Shown: positions 48,540-58,839 of the stretch, piece by piece | How positions within the stretch are numbered: the first letter of the stretch is position 1 | How the letters are laid out: each line of letters begins with the position of its first letter | Source: Terriglobia bacterium | Lineage (GTDB): Bacteria > Acidobacteriota > Terriglobia > JAJPHL01 > JAPKYU01 | Assembly: GCA_965223005.1 (NCBI GenBank) | Contig: CBDCVK010000002.1 | Coordinates: forward strand, 320,001 to 384,000 | Reading direction: 5' to 3' | Length of the DNA: 64,000 bases | Position numbers and translations under genes: made by a program | Notes under the pieces: model-generated | What the model was told of the DNA's origin: nothing | The model's database searches: none | What the model saw: the letters and a program-made list of their open reading frames with translations, nothing else

Positions 48540-50867
48540 TCAGCGTGTGGCGTGGCTTTCGCTGACCCGGGCGCGCAGGGTGCGCGCAGCCTGCACCATG
48601 TTCTGTAGCGAGGGCGTCACCTCCGCCCAGCGACGCGTCTTCAGTCCGCAGTCCGGGTTGACCCAAATCTGCTGGGGCGCCAGCACGGCACAGGCCTTCT
48701 CCAGCAAGCCTTCCATCTCCTCCGGCGAAGGCACGCGTGGAGAATGGATGTCATAGACACCCGGGCCGATCTCATTCGGGTAGCGGTAGCGGGCGAACAC
48801 GTCCAGCAATTCCATCTGGGAGCGGGAGCACTCGATCAGGATCACGTCGGCGTCCATCGCCGCGATGGACTCGATGATGTCATGGAAATCGGCGTAGCAC
48901 ATGTGGGTCTGGATCTGCGTTTCGTCTCGCACGCCGCTGGAAGTCAGCCGGAAGCATTCGACAGCCCAGGCCAGGTAGGCGGCCCAGTCGGGGTGCCGCA
49001 GCGGCAGTCCTTCCCTCAGCGCAGGCTCGTCAATCTGGATGATGCGCATGCCGGCCTTTTCCAGGTCCACCACCTCGTCACGCAGGGCCAGGGCAATCTG
49101 CCGGGCCGTTTCACTGCGTGGCTGGTCGTCGCGCACGAACGACCATTGCAGGATGGTGATCGGTCCGGTCAGCATGCCCTTCATTGGCTTGCTGGTTAGC
49201 GACTGGGCGTATTGGGTCCAGGGGACCGTCATGGGCTTGGGCCGCGAGACGTCGCCATAGAGGATGGGCGGCTTGACGTAGCGCGAGCCGTAGGACTGCA
49301 CCCAGGCGTTTTGGGTGAAGACGAAGCCGTGCATTTGCTCCCCGAAGTACTCCACCATGTCATTGCGTTCAGCCTCGCCGTGCACGAGCACGTCCAACCC
49401 CATTTCTTCCTGCTTCCGCACCACGGCTGCGATCTCCGCTTTCATCCGGTCTGCGTATTCGCCCTCGTTGATCTCGCGGCGCCGGAAGGCCAGGCGGCTG
49501 GCGCGGATTTCTGGGGTCTGCGGAAACGATCCGATGGTGGTGGTGGGGAAAGCTGGCAATTGCAGGCGGGCCCGCTGCCCGGCTTGCCGGACGGAGAAGG
49601 AGTTCCGACGCTTGGCATCCTCGGGACGAACGGCAGCCACCCGGGCTTTCACCTGGGGATCGTGAATGCGCGAGGAAGTCCGCCGACTGGCATTGGCGCG
49701 GCCATTGGAGTCCAGCAGCTCGCGCATCGCCTGCTCTCCTTCGTTGAGCGCCCGGACCAGAGTCACCACCTCGACCAGCTTTTGTTTGGCAAACGAGAGC
49801 CACTGGCGCAACTCGGGGTCCAGCTTCTGTTCCAGATCCAGATCCAGCGGAACATGGAGCAGCGAGCAGGAGGGCGAGACGAGCAAGCGCTCGGCCCCCA
49901 GTTGCGCTCGGGCGTGCCGCAAAACTTTCAACGCCGACTCAAGGTCAGTCTTCCAGATATTCCGCCCGTCCACGACCCCCATCGAAAGGCTCATGGAATC
50001 GGGGACGGCCTTGAGGGCCGACTCAAGCTGTTGCGGCGCGCGCACCAGGTCAAGGTGGAGGGCGGCAACCGGCAGTTGTGCGGCAGTGGCCAGGTTCTGG
50101 CCTAGGCTCTCAAAATAGGTCGCCAGCAACAGCCTGCCTCCCTGGACTCCGGCCAGACGCTTATAGGCTCTCTGATAAGCCTTTAATTCTTCCGATTCAC
50201 GGTCCAGGGCCAGGCACGGTTCGTCCACCTGAATCCACTCCGCTCCCTCGGCCACCAGCCGCCGCAGGACTTCCTCGTAGACCGGCAGCAGAGCGTCCAG
50301 AAGGCTCAGCCGGTTGAATTGCGTGCCATGCGTTTTGCCCAGCAGCAGGAACGACACCGGGCCCAGCAACACAGGGCGGGTCTGGATCCCCAGCTCGCGC
50401 GCTTCCCGGAACTCGGCGAACGGTTTTTCAGAGCTGAGCCGGAAGCCTTGCCCCGGCTGAAATTCGGGAACGATGTAGTGGTAGTTGGTATCAAACCACT
50501 TGGTCATTTCCATGGCGGGCGCATCCACCGCCGCGCTGCCGGATTTTTTCTGGACGCCGCGCGCCATGGCGAAGTAAGTGTCCGGGTCCACCTGCTCGCC
50601 CCGCCAGCCAAACCGTTCCGGGACAGCGCCCACCAGAGCACAGGTGTCCAGGACGTGGTCGTAGAAGGAAAAGTCGTTGGATGGGATGTGGTGGATGCCC
50701 ATTTGCTGCTGCAGGCGCCAGTTTTGCGCGCGCAACTCTCGCCCGCAGGCCACCAGCGTCTCCTGGTCGGTCTTGCCGGACCAGTAGCCCTCCGAGGCCT
50801 TCTTCAGTTCGCGCCTGAGTCCAATGCGAGGAAATCCCAGGTTTGTGGCGTTCACCATAGCTGTCAT
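48540..50867 (-). CDS. metE: Cobalamin-independent methionine synthase
   Basis: LGFPRIG..RELK, MTKWFDTNYHY, PTTTIGSFPQ, HGEAERNDMVEYF, THMCY, WVNPDCGLKTR. Confidence 0.98.
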   Translation of the reverse strand: MTAMVNATNLGFPRIGLRRELKKASEGYWSGKTDQETLVACGRELRAQNWRLQQQMGIHHIPSNDFSFYDHVLDTCALVGAVPERFGWRGEQVDPDTYFAMARGVQKKSGSAAVDAPAMEMTKWFDTNYHYIVPEFQPGQGFRLSSEKPFAEFREARELGIQTRPVLLGPVSFLLLGKTHGTQFNRLSLLDALLPVYEEVLRRLVAEGAEWIQVDEPCLALDRESEELKAYQRAYKRLAGVQGGRLLLATYFESLGQNLATAAQLPVAALHLDLVRAPQQLESALKAVPDSMSLSMGVVDGRNIWKTDLESALKVLRHARAQLGAERLLVSPSCSLLHVPLDLDLEQKLDPELRQWLSFAKQKLVEVVTLVRALNEGEQAMRELLDSNGRANASRRTSSRIHDPQVKARVAAVRPEDAKRRNSFSVRQAGQRARLQLPAFPTTTIGSFPQTPEIRASRLAFRRREINEGEYADRMKAEIAAVVRKQEEMGLDVLVHGEAERNDMVEYFGEQMHGFVFTQNAWVQSYGSRYVKPPILYGDVSRPKPMTVPWTQYAQSLTSKPMKGMLTGPITILQWSFVRDDQPRSETARQIALALRDEVVDLEKAGMRIIQIDEPALREGLPLRHPDWAAYLAWAVECFRLTSSGVRDETQIQTHMCYADFHDIIESIAAMDADVILIECSRSQMELLDVFARYRYPNEIGPGVYDIHSPRVPSPEEMEGLLEKACAVLAPQQIWVNPDCGLKTRRWAEVTPSLQNMVQAARTLRARVSESHATR

Positions 50868-50916
50868 GCAATCCTCCTCAGGGTCGCGCGTTTGTTGGTG
50901 CTGTGTGGCCTGGGGC

Positions 50917-51657
50917 TCAGGCTCTTGCCGCCCGGGCTTGAGGCGCTGCGGTAACCCGGCGCGGCATTCGCCGCCTGCCGTTGGCGTCAGGTTCCGAAGC
51001 GGCCGGGATGCGGATGGCTAAAGGCAGGAAATGGTAGGGCGGCCAGGGCCCGCTGAGCAGCAATTGGCAGTCCTTCATCCGTCCAGCCGCAGCGGAATGG
51101 ATACGCTGGTAGTGACTCACTTGGCGGCCTTCAATCAGGTGAGCAAAATGCACCAGCGCGTCGCCGTTTTGCAGCGGCCGCACCGAAATCTGCTCTTCCA
51201 GCGGCTCGAACAAGCCGGCCAGCCGGCGGGTGGCCCGGCGCGTCAACTCCGGTTCGGGCGGCGGGTGATGAGCCTTAGAGGCCTTCCCCGTGGCCCTGGT
51301 CCCGTCAGTGGCGAACAGCAGCTTGACGTGCATTTCGACTTTGTCGCGCAGCCGGTTCATCGCTTCCCGGAATTCGGCCCGATTGGCCAGCAGAACCTGG
51401 CGGACCTGCTTCTCGCTCTCAAATATGGTTCCGAACCGGAAAGGCAGCACCGTGTGTTTCTCGAAGACGCGGTGCACCGCGCGGCCGTGCTGGATGATGC
51501 TGTGAGCGTTGGCGCTGAAGTTGCCTTCCAGGCGGCTGACCAGCATCACCAGCCGGCCTTCGCGGACCGGGAACACCGGCCGCTCGGCCACGCCTGGGAA
51601 AACGGTCCACTCTTGGTCTGGGGCAAGTCGAAGGATGCAATAGGCGTAATAAGGCAT
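50917..51657 (-). CDS. GvpL/GvpF family protein (orphan)
   Basis: YAYCI, H..AV, TVLPFRFGT, VEMHVK, AHLI, SGPWPPYHF family motifs. Confidence 0.85.
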   Translation of the reverse strand: MPYYAYCILRLAPDQEWTVFPGVAERPVFPVREGRLVMLVSRLEGNFSANAHSIIQHGRAVHRVFEKHTVLPFRFGTIFESEKQVRQVLLANRAEFREAMNRLRDKVEMHVKLLFATDGTRATGKASKAHHPPPEPELTRRATRRLAGLFEPLEEQISVRPLQNGDALVHFAHLIEGRQVSHYQRIHSAAAGRMKDCQLLLSGPWPPYHFLPLAIRIPAASEPDANGRRRMPRRVTAAPQARAARA

Positions 51658-51816
51658 GCTTTGACTATGCTAACCGGCTTGCTGGAAAATGTCTACAGTT
51701 AGGCTTTTTTTGGCTGAAGGCTGCGAGCGGTGCCGGCTCTGTCTCATATTGATTCTTGGAGAAGCCAAAGCTTCAGGACGCCTCTTAACGAGGAATTTGC
51801 CTACTCCTGTTGTTGC

Positions 51817-53184
51817 CTACTCCTGCTGTTGTTTCGCGGCAGGTGCCTCAAACGGCCACTCACGCTGGGAGTAGGCGTGCAGCAGGAAAGCCGCCAAGCC
51901 GGCGACCAGCAGGGCCACGGCCCACAGCATGTAGGTCCTCTGCGTCACGAAGATATAGATCCACAACAAGATACTTACCAAGGCGGGCAGTGGGTAGGCC
52001 CACATTCGGAAGGGGCGAGGCAGGTCGCGACGGTGGCGTCGCAGCAGCAGCAAGCCCACCGTTTGTCCCAGGAACTGCACCACCACTCGGATCACGATGA
52101 GCGTCTTGATCACCGCCCCCAGCGAGAACAGGCTGAAAACCGCGGCCGTGCCGCCGATCACCACTAGCGAGACTTGCGGGAAGCGCTCCTTTGGGTGAAG
52201 CCGGGCGAAGGAACGGAAGAAATTGCCGTCCAGCGCGGCCGCATAAGGGATCCTCGAGCTGCCCAGCAGAACCGAGAAGATTGAGGCGAAAGCGGTCCAC
52301 AGGATTAACACGGTAACCAACTGCGCTGCCCCCGGCCCGAATGCGCGCTCCATGAGGACCGACATCGGGAACTGGATTTGTTCCAGCTCCTGCCAGGGGA
52401 TGCTGCCCAACAGAGTGAAGTTCATCACCAGGTAGATCACGGCCACAACCGCCACCGAAGCCAAGATGGACCGGGGAAAGGTACGCTCGGGGTTTTTGAC
52501 CTCCCCACCCACGTAGCACACGTTGTAATAGCCCAAGTAATCGTAGACAGCGATCAGCGACGCGCTCCCCAGCCCGAGCCAGAACGCCCCGCTGAGCTCG
52601 AAGGCGCCGGGCGGAAAATCCAACGCCCGGGCCAGTTCAAAATTCTTCAGGCCGGCCACAATCGTCATGCCCAGGGTGAGCAGCACTCCCGCCAGCATGA
52701 ACACCGCCATTTTGCCGATCGTAGTGATGCGACGGTAGAGCAACAGGGTCACCAACAGCGCCACAGCCACAGCCACGCCCTTCTTCTGGTTTCCCGTTAA
52801 CCACGGTAGTAAGTAGCCAAGGTAGAGCGAAAAGCCGATGCTGCCCGAGGCGAACGAAAGCGGCGCGTGAAAGCAGACCTGCCAGATGAACAGGAACGAC
52901 ATCAGGCGCCCGCCGCGCCTCCCATAGGCTTCGCGCAGGTAGACATAAGTGCCGCCGGAGCCCGGCAGCGACGTGCTCAGCTCAGCCCACACAAGGCCAT
53001 CGCATATGGCCAGCAGAGCTCCCACAATCCAGCCGAGCATGGCCTGCGGACCGTGCATCGAGGACACCAGTAGGGGGATCGTGATGAACGGCCCGATGCC
53101 GATCATGTTGTTGACGTTCAGCGCGATCGCTTCACGCAGCCCGATGCCGCGAATCAGCTCCGGTTGCTCTTGTGGGTCAGCCAT
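51817..53184 (-). CDS. APC-family amino acid permease
   Basis: NMIGIGPF, WAELSTSLPGSGGTYVYLREAYG, GGEVKNP, SRIPYA, RPFR. Confidence 0.92.
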   Translation of the reverse strand: MADPQEQPELIRGIGLREAIALNVNNMIGIGPFITIPLLVSSMHGPQAMLGWIVGALLAICDGLVWAELSTSLPGSGGTYVYLREAYGRRGGRLMSFLFIWQVCFHAPLSFASGSIGFSLYLGYLLPWLTGNQKKGVAVAVALLVTLLLYRRITTIGKMAVFMLAGVLLTLGMTIVAGLKNFELARALDFPPGAFELSGAFWLGLGSASLIAVYDYLGYYNVCYVGGEVKNPERTFPRSILASVAVVAVIYLVMNFTLLGSIPWQELEQIQFPMSVLMERAFGPGAAQLVTVLILWTAFASIFSVLLGSSRIPYAAALDGNFFRSFARLHPKERFPQVSLVVIGGTAAVFSLFSLGAVIKTLIVIRVVVQFLGQTVGLLLLRRHRRDLPRPFRMWAYPLPALVSILLWIYIFVTQRTYMLWAVALLVAGLAAFLLHAYSQREWPFEAPAAKQQQE

Positions 53185-53302
53185 TACGGGGAGAGGTGAC
53201 TCAGCGCAAGACAACACGAAGACACCAAGACACGAAGATCACGAAATTTGCTGCGCCGAATCTTCTTGGCCTTTGAGTCTTTGTGCTTTTGTGGTGTCTT
53301 TG

Positions 53303-55831
53303 TCATTTTTTAAGCTTTGCGGCGCTCAGCAGATTAGCCCAGATCCGATAAGCTCCGGGCACGCCGGCAGGCAGTTGCCGGAACCAGGAATAGCCGGTGT
53401 AGACATAGAGCCCTTTGCCGAAGCGGGCGACGAGCATGCCACCCTTTTGTGGCGGCTCACCGGGATCGTGTGAGGCCAGCAGCGGTGTGTACTCGGGGGC
53501 CCATTCGCTCATGAAATAGAGGCCGCGCTCTTGTACCCAACCGGCAAAGTCGGCGGCGGTGATGCGGTTAGGCGTGGTCAGCAAGTGGTGCTCTGGGACC
53601 AGGCTCTCGACCGGTTGCTCTTCCCGCGAGACGCGAGGGGCGCGTCGCTGCTGGCGCATCCAGTAGGGGCCGAAAGGGAACAGCCCGTCCTGTCTCCGGC
53701 CTGGCCACCTGCTGTTGTATTGGACGATGTAGACCCCACCCTGGCGCACGTAGTCCAGCAGGCGGCGACTGGCAGCCACCAGGTCTTTGCGGACCGCATA
53801 GGCTCGGATGCCGGCAACAATCGCATCGAAGCGCCCCAACTCCCCTGCCAGCAGTTCCTCTTCAGCAAGCAGGTGGACGGAAACACCCAACTGGCCCAGC
53901 GCTTCCGGGACCTGGTCGCCCGCTCCCATGATGTAGCCAACTCGCAGCTTCTCGGCCACCTTCGCCGCCACCGGGACCAGGCGGGTCTGGGCGGGCCGAA
54001 ACCAGTACTGTGGCCGGATATGTGGGTACTGGATCGCCTGGTATCCGGTGGCGACAGCTCCGTTGACCAACACCCGGAGCATGCCCGGCGCTGGTCCCGT
54101 CGGTCGCACGAGTAACTTTGCGATCAGTTCTTCACCCTGAGGAGGAGGCGTCAACTTCCGTGGCGTGACTTGCCAACCAGGCGAGGCCTGGACCTCCGGC
54201 GCCCACGGGACGGTGCGGTTGTTGCGCAGGCGGAGGGTGATCTCACGCTCGGCAGGCCTGTCTCCACTTTCAGGGAAAACGGTCACCGCCGGATGCAGCC
54301 AGGCTGCCAGAGGGGGAACGACCATGACCGGCCGATGCGCTTGGCCGTAGATCTGATCCACGTATCGGTGCTCCACAGGAACCCGGACGTGCGCCTCCAC
54401 GTCGGCGGTGCGAAACCGCACCCGAGCTTCGAGCAGTGGCGGGTTGTGAGGCTGCCCGATCAGCGAGGGGTCAGCAACCTCGTAGGAATCGCCCTGGCGC
54501 GCCAGTTGCAACCAGTAGGGCTGCCAGGGAGGCGCGTCCAGCGGCAGCGTCACCGTGAACAGGCGTGAGGCGGCGCGGTTGTACTCCAGAGTAGTGGGCG
54601 TCCAATCGGAAGGCTCCACTGGCCAGCTGGCGGGGGCGTCCAACGCGATTTCCTTCACCTCCAGGGACACAGGTGCGCGGTTCCAGGCGGTGACGCTGAT
54701 CTGGTAGGAGTCGCCGGGGACCAGTTCTGCGCCGCCGGTGAGGGCTTCGACCGCCAGGCCGTGGGCCAGCGCCAGGGCATTGCTGAACTCGGCTTCCTTT
54801 TGTGCGCGCAAGGGAGTCGGCAGTTGGCGCGCCAGTTCCAGCCCCCGTGCCAGCGCACCGATCAGTTCGGCGCTGTCGCCGGCGCCCAGGGCGGCTTTGG
54901 CTCGCTCGATCTGGTCCAGCAAAAGCCCAGGCGCAATCTTGGCGTCCACCCCATCCAGCAGGTCTTGCTCCTGCGCGCGCCGTGTCTCCAGGTTCGCAGA
55001 CGGCTCTCCCGGAAGCACCGTATCCATCAGCAGCAGGGCTAGGCGCCTTGGGCCCTTTCTTTGCTGCGCGCCCATAGCCTGGCTGCGGTGGAGGCTGCGG
55101 CCTTCCATAGCCAGCTCGGCGTAGGAGCGGCCCAGAAGGGGGCTGTAGTCGCCCACCTCAATTTCGAGCGCGCCTTCGGGCAGCGGCAAGCTGGCCGCCC
55201 GGCCGTAGCGATTGACAGTGATGTAGAGCTTGGCGGCCTGCCAGGGTTCCAGCCCCGCTTGGATCTGCGCGGGGAAACGCGCTGGGTCCGCCGCGGCACG
55301 GAAGGCTTCCCGCGCCAGTAGACCTGCAGCGGCGTGCTGCCCGTGGCCGTCCTGCGGCCCGCCGGCAAAGCGGGAGATAATCACTTGCGGGCGGAATCGC
55401 CGGATGACCCGGACAAAATCAGACAGCGTCCGCTCATGACCCCAGCGGGCGAGCGCTTCCTCGGCGTCGCGCGAGTAACCGAAGTCGTAGGCGCGGGTAA
55501 AGAACTGCTCGGCTCCATCCAGGCGCCGGGCCGCCAGCAGCTCCTCGGTGCGCAGTAGGCCCAGAGCTTCGTACTGCTCGGCCCCCAGAAGGTTTTGCCC
55601 GCCTTCTCCGCGAGTCACTGAAAGGTAGGCGGTCCGCACGCCCCGGCCACGGGCCAGGTAAGCCAGCAGCGCTGTGTGTTCATCATCCGGGTGCGCGCCG
55701 ATGTGTAGAACGGCTGCGGTGACCGGGAGGCGATTCAACGCCAGTGCCAGCGCTGCCTGTCCCTGAGGCTCGGCACCATGACAAAGGACAGCAATCAGAA
55801 GCCCGAGAAGGTGCACGAAAACACGTCGCAT
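53303..55831 (-). CDS. Exported PIG-L/LmbE family deacetylase with C-terminal GATase-like domain
   Basis: AHPDDE, TRGEGGQN, RTEELLAAR, DFGYS, HGQH, HRSQ; C-terminal GWVQERGLY, FRQLPAGVPGAYR. Confidence 0.88.
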   Translation of the reverse strand: MRRVFVHLLGLLIAVLCHGAEPQGQAALALALNRLPVTAAVLHIGAHPDDEHTALLAYLARGRGVRTAYLSVTRGEGGQNLLGAEQYEALGLLRTEELLAARRLDGAEQFFTRAYDFGYSRDAEEALARWGHERTLSDFVRVIRRFRPQVIISRFAGGPQDGHGQHAAAGLLAREAFRAAADPARFPAQIQAGLEPWQAAKLYITVNRYGRAASLPLPEGALEIEVGDYSPLLGRSYAELAMEGRSLHRSQAMGAQQRKGPRRLALLLMDTVLPGEPSANLETRRAQEQDLLDGVDAKIAPGLLLDQIERAKAALGAGDSAELIGALARGLELARQLPTPLRAQKEAEFSNALALAHGLAVEALTGGAELVPGDSYQISVTAWNRAPVSLEVKEIALDAPASWPVEPSDWTPTTLEYNRAASRLFTVTLPLDAPPWQPYWLQLARQGDSYEVADPSLIGQPHNPPLLEARVRFRTADVEAHVRVPVEHRYVDQIYGQAHRPVMVVPPLAAWLHPAVTVFPESGDRPAEREITLRLRNNRTVPWAPEVQASPGWQVTPRKLTPPPQGEELIAKLLVRPTGPAPGMLRVLVNGAVATGYQAIQYPHIRPQYWFRPAQTRLVPVAAKVAEKLRVGYIMGAGDQVPEALGQLGVSVHLLAEEELLAGELGRFDAIVAGIRAYAVRKDLVAASRRLLDYVRQGGVYIVQYNSRWPGRRQDGLFPFGPYWMRQQRRAPRVSREEQPVESLVPEHHLLTTPNRITAADFAGWVQERGLYFMSEWAPEYTPLLASHDPGEPPQKGGMLVARFGKGLYVYTGYSWFRQLPAGVPGAYRIWANLLSAAKLKK

Positions 55832-56065
55832 GAGCAAGGTAGTTTAAACTGCGCTGGTGAGGAACTAAAGGTGCTTGGCGCAGGAGCAAGCGGCGGGACC
55901 TCTTGCCAACATTGCCGACTTCGTTCGTGTCTGCAATCTGAGAGGGAACTGCGCCTGAGGCGGGCGACGTTGACATCGGCGCGATTTCCGGTAAAATCAA
56001 TTGTTTAGGCAGCCCCAAGAGATTTCCAGCAGCGTTCTCGAGCGGCCCTGGATCGGGCTGGGACC

Positions 56066-56572
56066 ATGTTCATCGCTGTTCAAGAGTTACAAGACCATCG
56101 GGTCAAGTTCGACGAGTCGTTTCCCCCGGGCCATGTAGACTATCTCACCGAGGGAATCCAGCAGGTAGCACGGCTTGAGGTTCACGGAGCGGCCAGCTTG
56201 CTGGCCGGGGAAATTGAAATCCGAGGCCAGGTGAGCACGACGATGGAAATGCCTTGCGCGCGCTGCCTGGATCCGGTGCTGCAACCGGTGGACCGGGAGT
56301 TCGATCTGGCCTACCGGTCCATCAGAACCATGGCCCGGGGCGATGAATTTGAGGTGCCGCGCGGGGAAGAGGAACTGGGCTTCTACCATGGGGATGGGTT
56401 GCTGTTGGAGGACGTGGCCAAGGAGCAGGTGCTGCTTTCACTCCCCATGAAGAGCGTCTGTCGCAGCGACTGCCGCGGGCTGTGCCCCCAATGCGGCTGC
56501 AATTTGAACCACTCATCTTGCGGCTGCGCCAGCCGTAAAGTCGACCCGAGATGGGAAAGGCTGCGCAGGTAG
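56066..56572 (+). CDS. yceD: YceD/DUF177 family protein
   Basis: CARCL, EQVLLSLPMK, CRSDCRGLCPQCG, DPRW; upstream of rpmF. Confidence 0.9.
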   Translation: MFIAVQELQDHRVKFDESFPPGHVDYLTEGIQQVARLEVHGAASLLAGEIEIRGQVSTTMEMPCARCLDPVLQPVDREFDLAYRSIRTMARGDEFEVPRGEEELGFYHGDGLLLEDVAKEQVLLSLPMKSVCRSDCRGLCPQCGCNLNHSSCGCASRKVDPRWERLRR

Positions 56573-56774
56573 CAGCCGCTGCGGTTTTTGGAAGATCTCT
56601 AAGTTTTGCGAAACAAGCCAAATCAAGCCATTAAGAATCAGCGGCTTGGGCCTTGACAGATGACCTTTTACCTTAGCTGCCCAGATGCCGCGCCGCGGCC
56701 GCTGCCAACCGAGCGACAGTGGCAGCTCGTGAGCTGGCTCAGCAGGCGAGATTCGATATTTCGGGAGTAACCTT

Positions 56775-56957
56775 ATGCCCAATCCTAAACGCCGCCATTC
56801 CAAGCGGAGAAAAAACAGCCGTCGCGCCCATGACCATCTATCGGCGATTCCATTGAGCGAATGTTCCAATTGTCATGAAAAGAAATTGCCGCATCAGGTC
56901 TGCCCTCATTGCGGCTACTACAAAGGGCGCGCAATCGTGGAGGCAGCGTCGGAGTAG
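56775..56957 (+). CDS. rpmF: 50S ribosomal protein L32 (Zn-ribbon type)
   Basis: MPNPKRRHSKRRKNSRRAHD..CSNC...PHQVCPHCGYYKG. Confidence 0.95.
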   Translation: MPNPKRRHSKRRKNSRRAHDHLSAIPLSECSNCHEKKLPHQVCPHCGYYKGRAIVEAASE

Positions 56958-57031
56958 GCCGTGATGGGCGTCCTCCAGGCTCTCAGCCATTGCTTCGGGT
57001 GAGGTGCTTCGGGTGAGGTAGCCGACTTCTC

Positions 57032-57997
57032 ATGTCCCGATTAGCTTTTCTGTTTCCCGGGCAGGGGTCGCAGTCTCCGGGCATGGGCCGCGAGCTGGCC
57101 GAGCGGTATGCTGTGGGCGGCGCGGTCTTCGAGGAAGCCGACCGCGCCCTCGGGTTCTCGCTCTCATCGCTGTGCTTCCACGGTCCCGAGGCGCAGCTCA
57201 AGCTGACCGAGCACACGCAGCCGGCGATTCTGGCATGCTCCGTGGCCTGCTTCCGTGTGCTGGAGGACCGCGGTGCGCTGCCGGACTATGTGGCCGGGCA
57301 TAGTCTGGGGGAATATTCAGGGCTTGTAGCGGCGGGTGCGCTTTCATTTGCCGACGCTGTCCAGACGGTTCGAAACCGCGGGCGGTACATGCAGGAGGCA
57401 GTGCCAGTAGGGACTGGCGCCATGGCTGCCATTACGCGGCTGCCCCTGGCGGCCGTGGAGGAGGTCTGCCGCGAGGCGGCGCAGGGGGAAGTGGTTTCGC
57501 CCGCCAACATCAACTCGCCGGAGCAGATCGCCATCTCCGGCCATGACGGCGCCGTGCGCCGCGCCGTGGAACTGGCCAAGCAGCGCGGCGCCAGGCGTGC
57601 AATGCTGTTGCCGGTCAGCGCCCCGTTTCACTGTGCGCTGATGAAGCCGGCGCAGGAGCGGCTGGCTGCCGATCTTGAGAAGTTGAGATTTGGCGACCTG
57701 CGCTTTCCCCTGATCAACAACCTGGGGGCGCAGGAGATTCGCGGCTCGGCCGAAGCCCGGGCCGGGCTGATCGGCCAGGTCTCGGCGCCCGTCCTGTGGG
57801 AGCAGTCGATTCGCAAGCTGGTTTCGCTGGGCGTCAGGCGGTTCGTGGAAGTTGGCCCCGGCAAGGTGCTTTCCGGTCTGCTGCGGCAGATCGACGCATC
57901 GCTGGTCGCCTTCCAGGTCCAGGATGCGGCGAGCCTGGAGGCCACGACGGAGGGCCTGAGAGTTGTCGAACCAGCGCGGGAAGGCTCCGCTTACTGA
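57032..57997 (+). CDS. fabD: Malonyl-CoA:ACP transacylase
   Basis: FPGQGSQ, TQPAI, GHSLGEY, VSAPFH, EVGPGKVL. Confidence 0.96.
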   Translation: MSRLAFLFPGQGSQSPGMGRELAERYAVGGAVFEEADRALGFSLSSLCFHGPEAQLKLTEHTQPAILACSVACFRVLEDRGALPDYVAGHSLGEYSGLVAAGALSFADAVQTVRNRGRYMQEAVPVGTGAMAAITRLPLAAVEEVCREAAQGEVVSPANINSPEQIAISGHDGAVRRAVELAKQRGARRAMLLPVSAPFHCALMKPAQERLAADLEKLRFGDLRFPLINNLGAQEIRGSAEARAGLIGQVSAPVLWEQSIRKLVSLGVRRFVEVGPGKVLSGLLRQIDASLVAFQVQDAASLEATTEGLRVVEPAREGSAY

Positions 57998-58101
57998 GTG
58001 CCAATTAAGTCTGGGACGTTGCAGGAAAACATGAGTCGCATGCCGCCATTCAACCGGGCGACAGTTGATCTCGCCTGCCGCCGCCGAATACGGGACGCAA
58101 C

Positions 58102-58839
58102 ATGAAAGGCCGAGTCGCTTTTGTTACGGGTGCATCGCAAGGTATCGGGCGCGCTTGTGCCCAATCGCTGGCGGAAGCCGGCGCCCGACTGGTGCTGGCC
58201 GCCCGCAATCAGCAGAAACTTGCTGAAGCGGTCCAGCAGGCGGAAAGCCTGGGGGCCGAGGCGCTGGCAGTGCCGATGGATGTGGCCGACCCCGCGCAGA
58301 TCGAGGCAGCCTTCCGCCAGGCGCGCGAGCGCTTCGGCAAAATCGAGATCCTGGTCAACAATGCAGGAATCGCGCGCGACCACCTGGTGCTGCGGATGAA
58401 GCGGGAGGATTGGGATGCAGTGCTGGCCACCAACCTGACCGGGGCGTACCTGTGCATTCAGCAGGTGCTGCCCGGCATGATCCGCCAGCGGTACGGACGA
58501 ATTGTGAACATCACCTCCGTGGTGGCCCAGATGGGCAATGCCGGCCAGGCCAACTACATCGCCTCCAAGGCCGGCCTCATCGGCCTGACCAAGGCTATTG
58601 CCCAGGAGGTGGCCTCGCGCACCGTCACTGCGAATGCGGTGGCGCCGGGGTTCATCGCTACACCGATGACCGAGGGGCTCGGTGAGGAGGCTCGCGGAAA
58701 ACTGTTGGCGAGGATCCCGCTGGGGCGTATAGGAGCTGACCGCGACGTAGCGGTGGCCGTCCGCTTTCTGGCCTCTGAGGCGTCGGGCTATATTACCGGG
58801 CAGGTTCTGCACGTGAATGGCGGCTTGTACATGGCCTGA
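58102..58839 (+). CDS. fabG: 3-oxoacyl-ACP reductase
   Basis: TGASQGIG, NNAGI, GNAGQANYIASKAG, APGFI. Confidence 0.95.
   Translation: MKGRVAFVTGASQGIGRACAQSLAEAGARLVLAARNQQKLAEAVQQAESLGAEALAVPMDVADPAQIEAAFRQARERFGKIEILVNNAGIARDHLVLRMKREDWDAVLATNLTGAYLCIQQVLPGMIRQRYGRIVNITSVVAQMGNAGQANYIASKAGLIGLTKAIAQEVASRTVTANAVAPGFIATPMTEGLGEEARGKLLARIPLGRIGADRDVAVAVRFLASEASGYITGQVLHVNGGLYMA

Noticed and set aside
50868-50916. SAM or cobalamin riboswitch upstream of metE
   Set aside because: Only 49 bp separate metE from the gvpL/F gene, and no riboswitch consensus was recognisable here or in 51658-51816.
51799-51830. 16-bp near-perfect tandem duplication spanning the permease stop codon as an insertion target-site duplication
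   Set aside because: The copies are adjacent with nothing between them, so simple slippage is sufficient.
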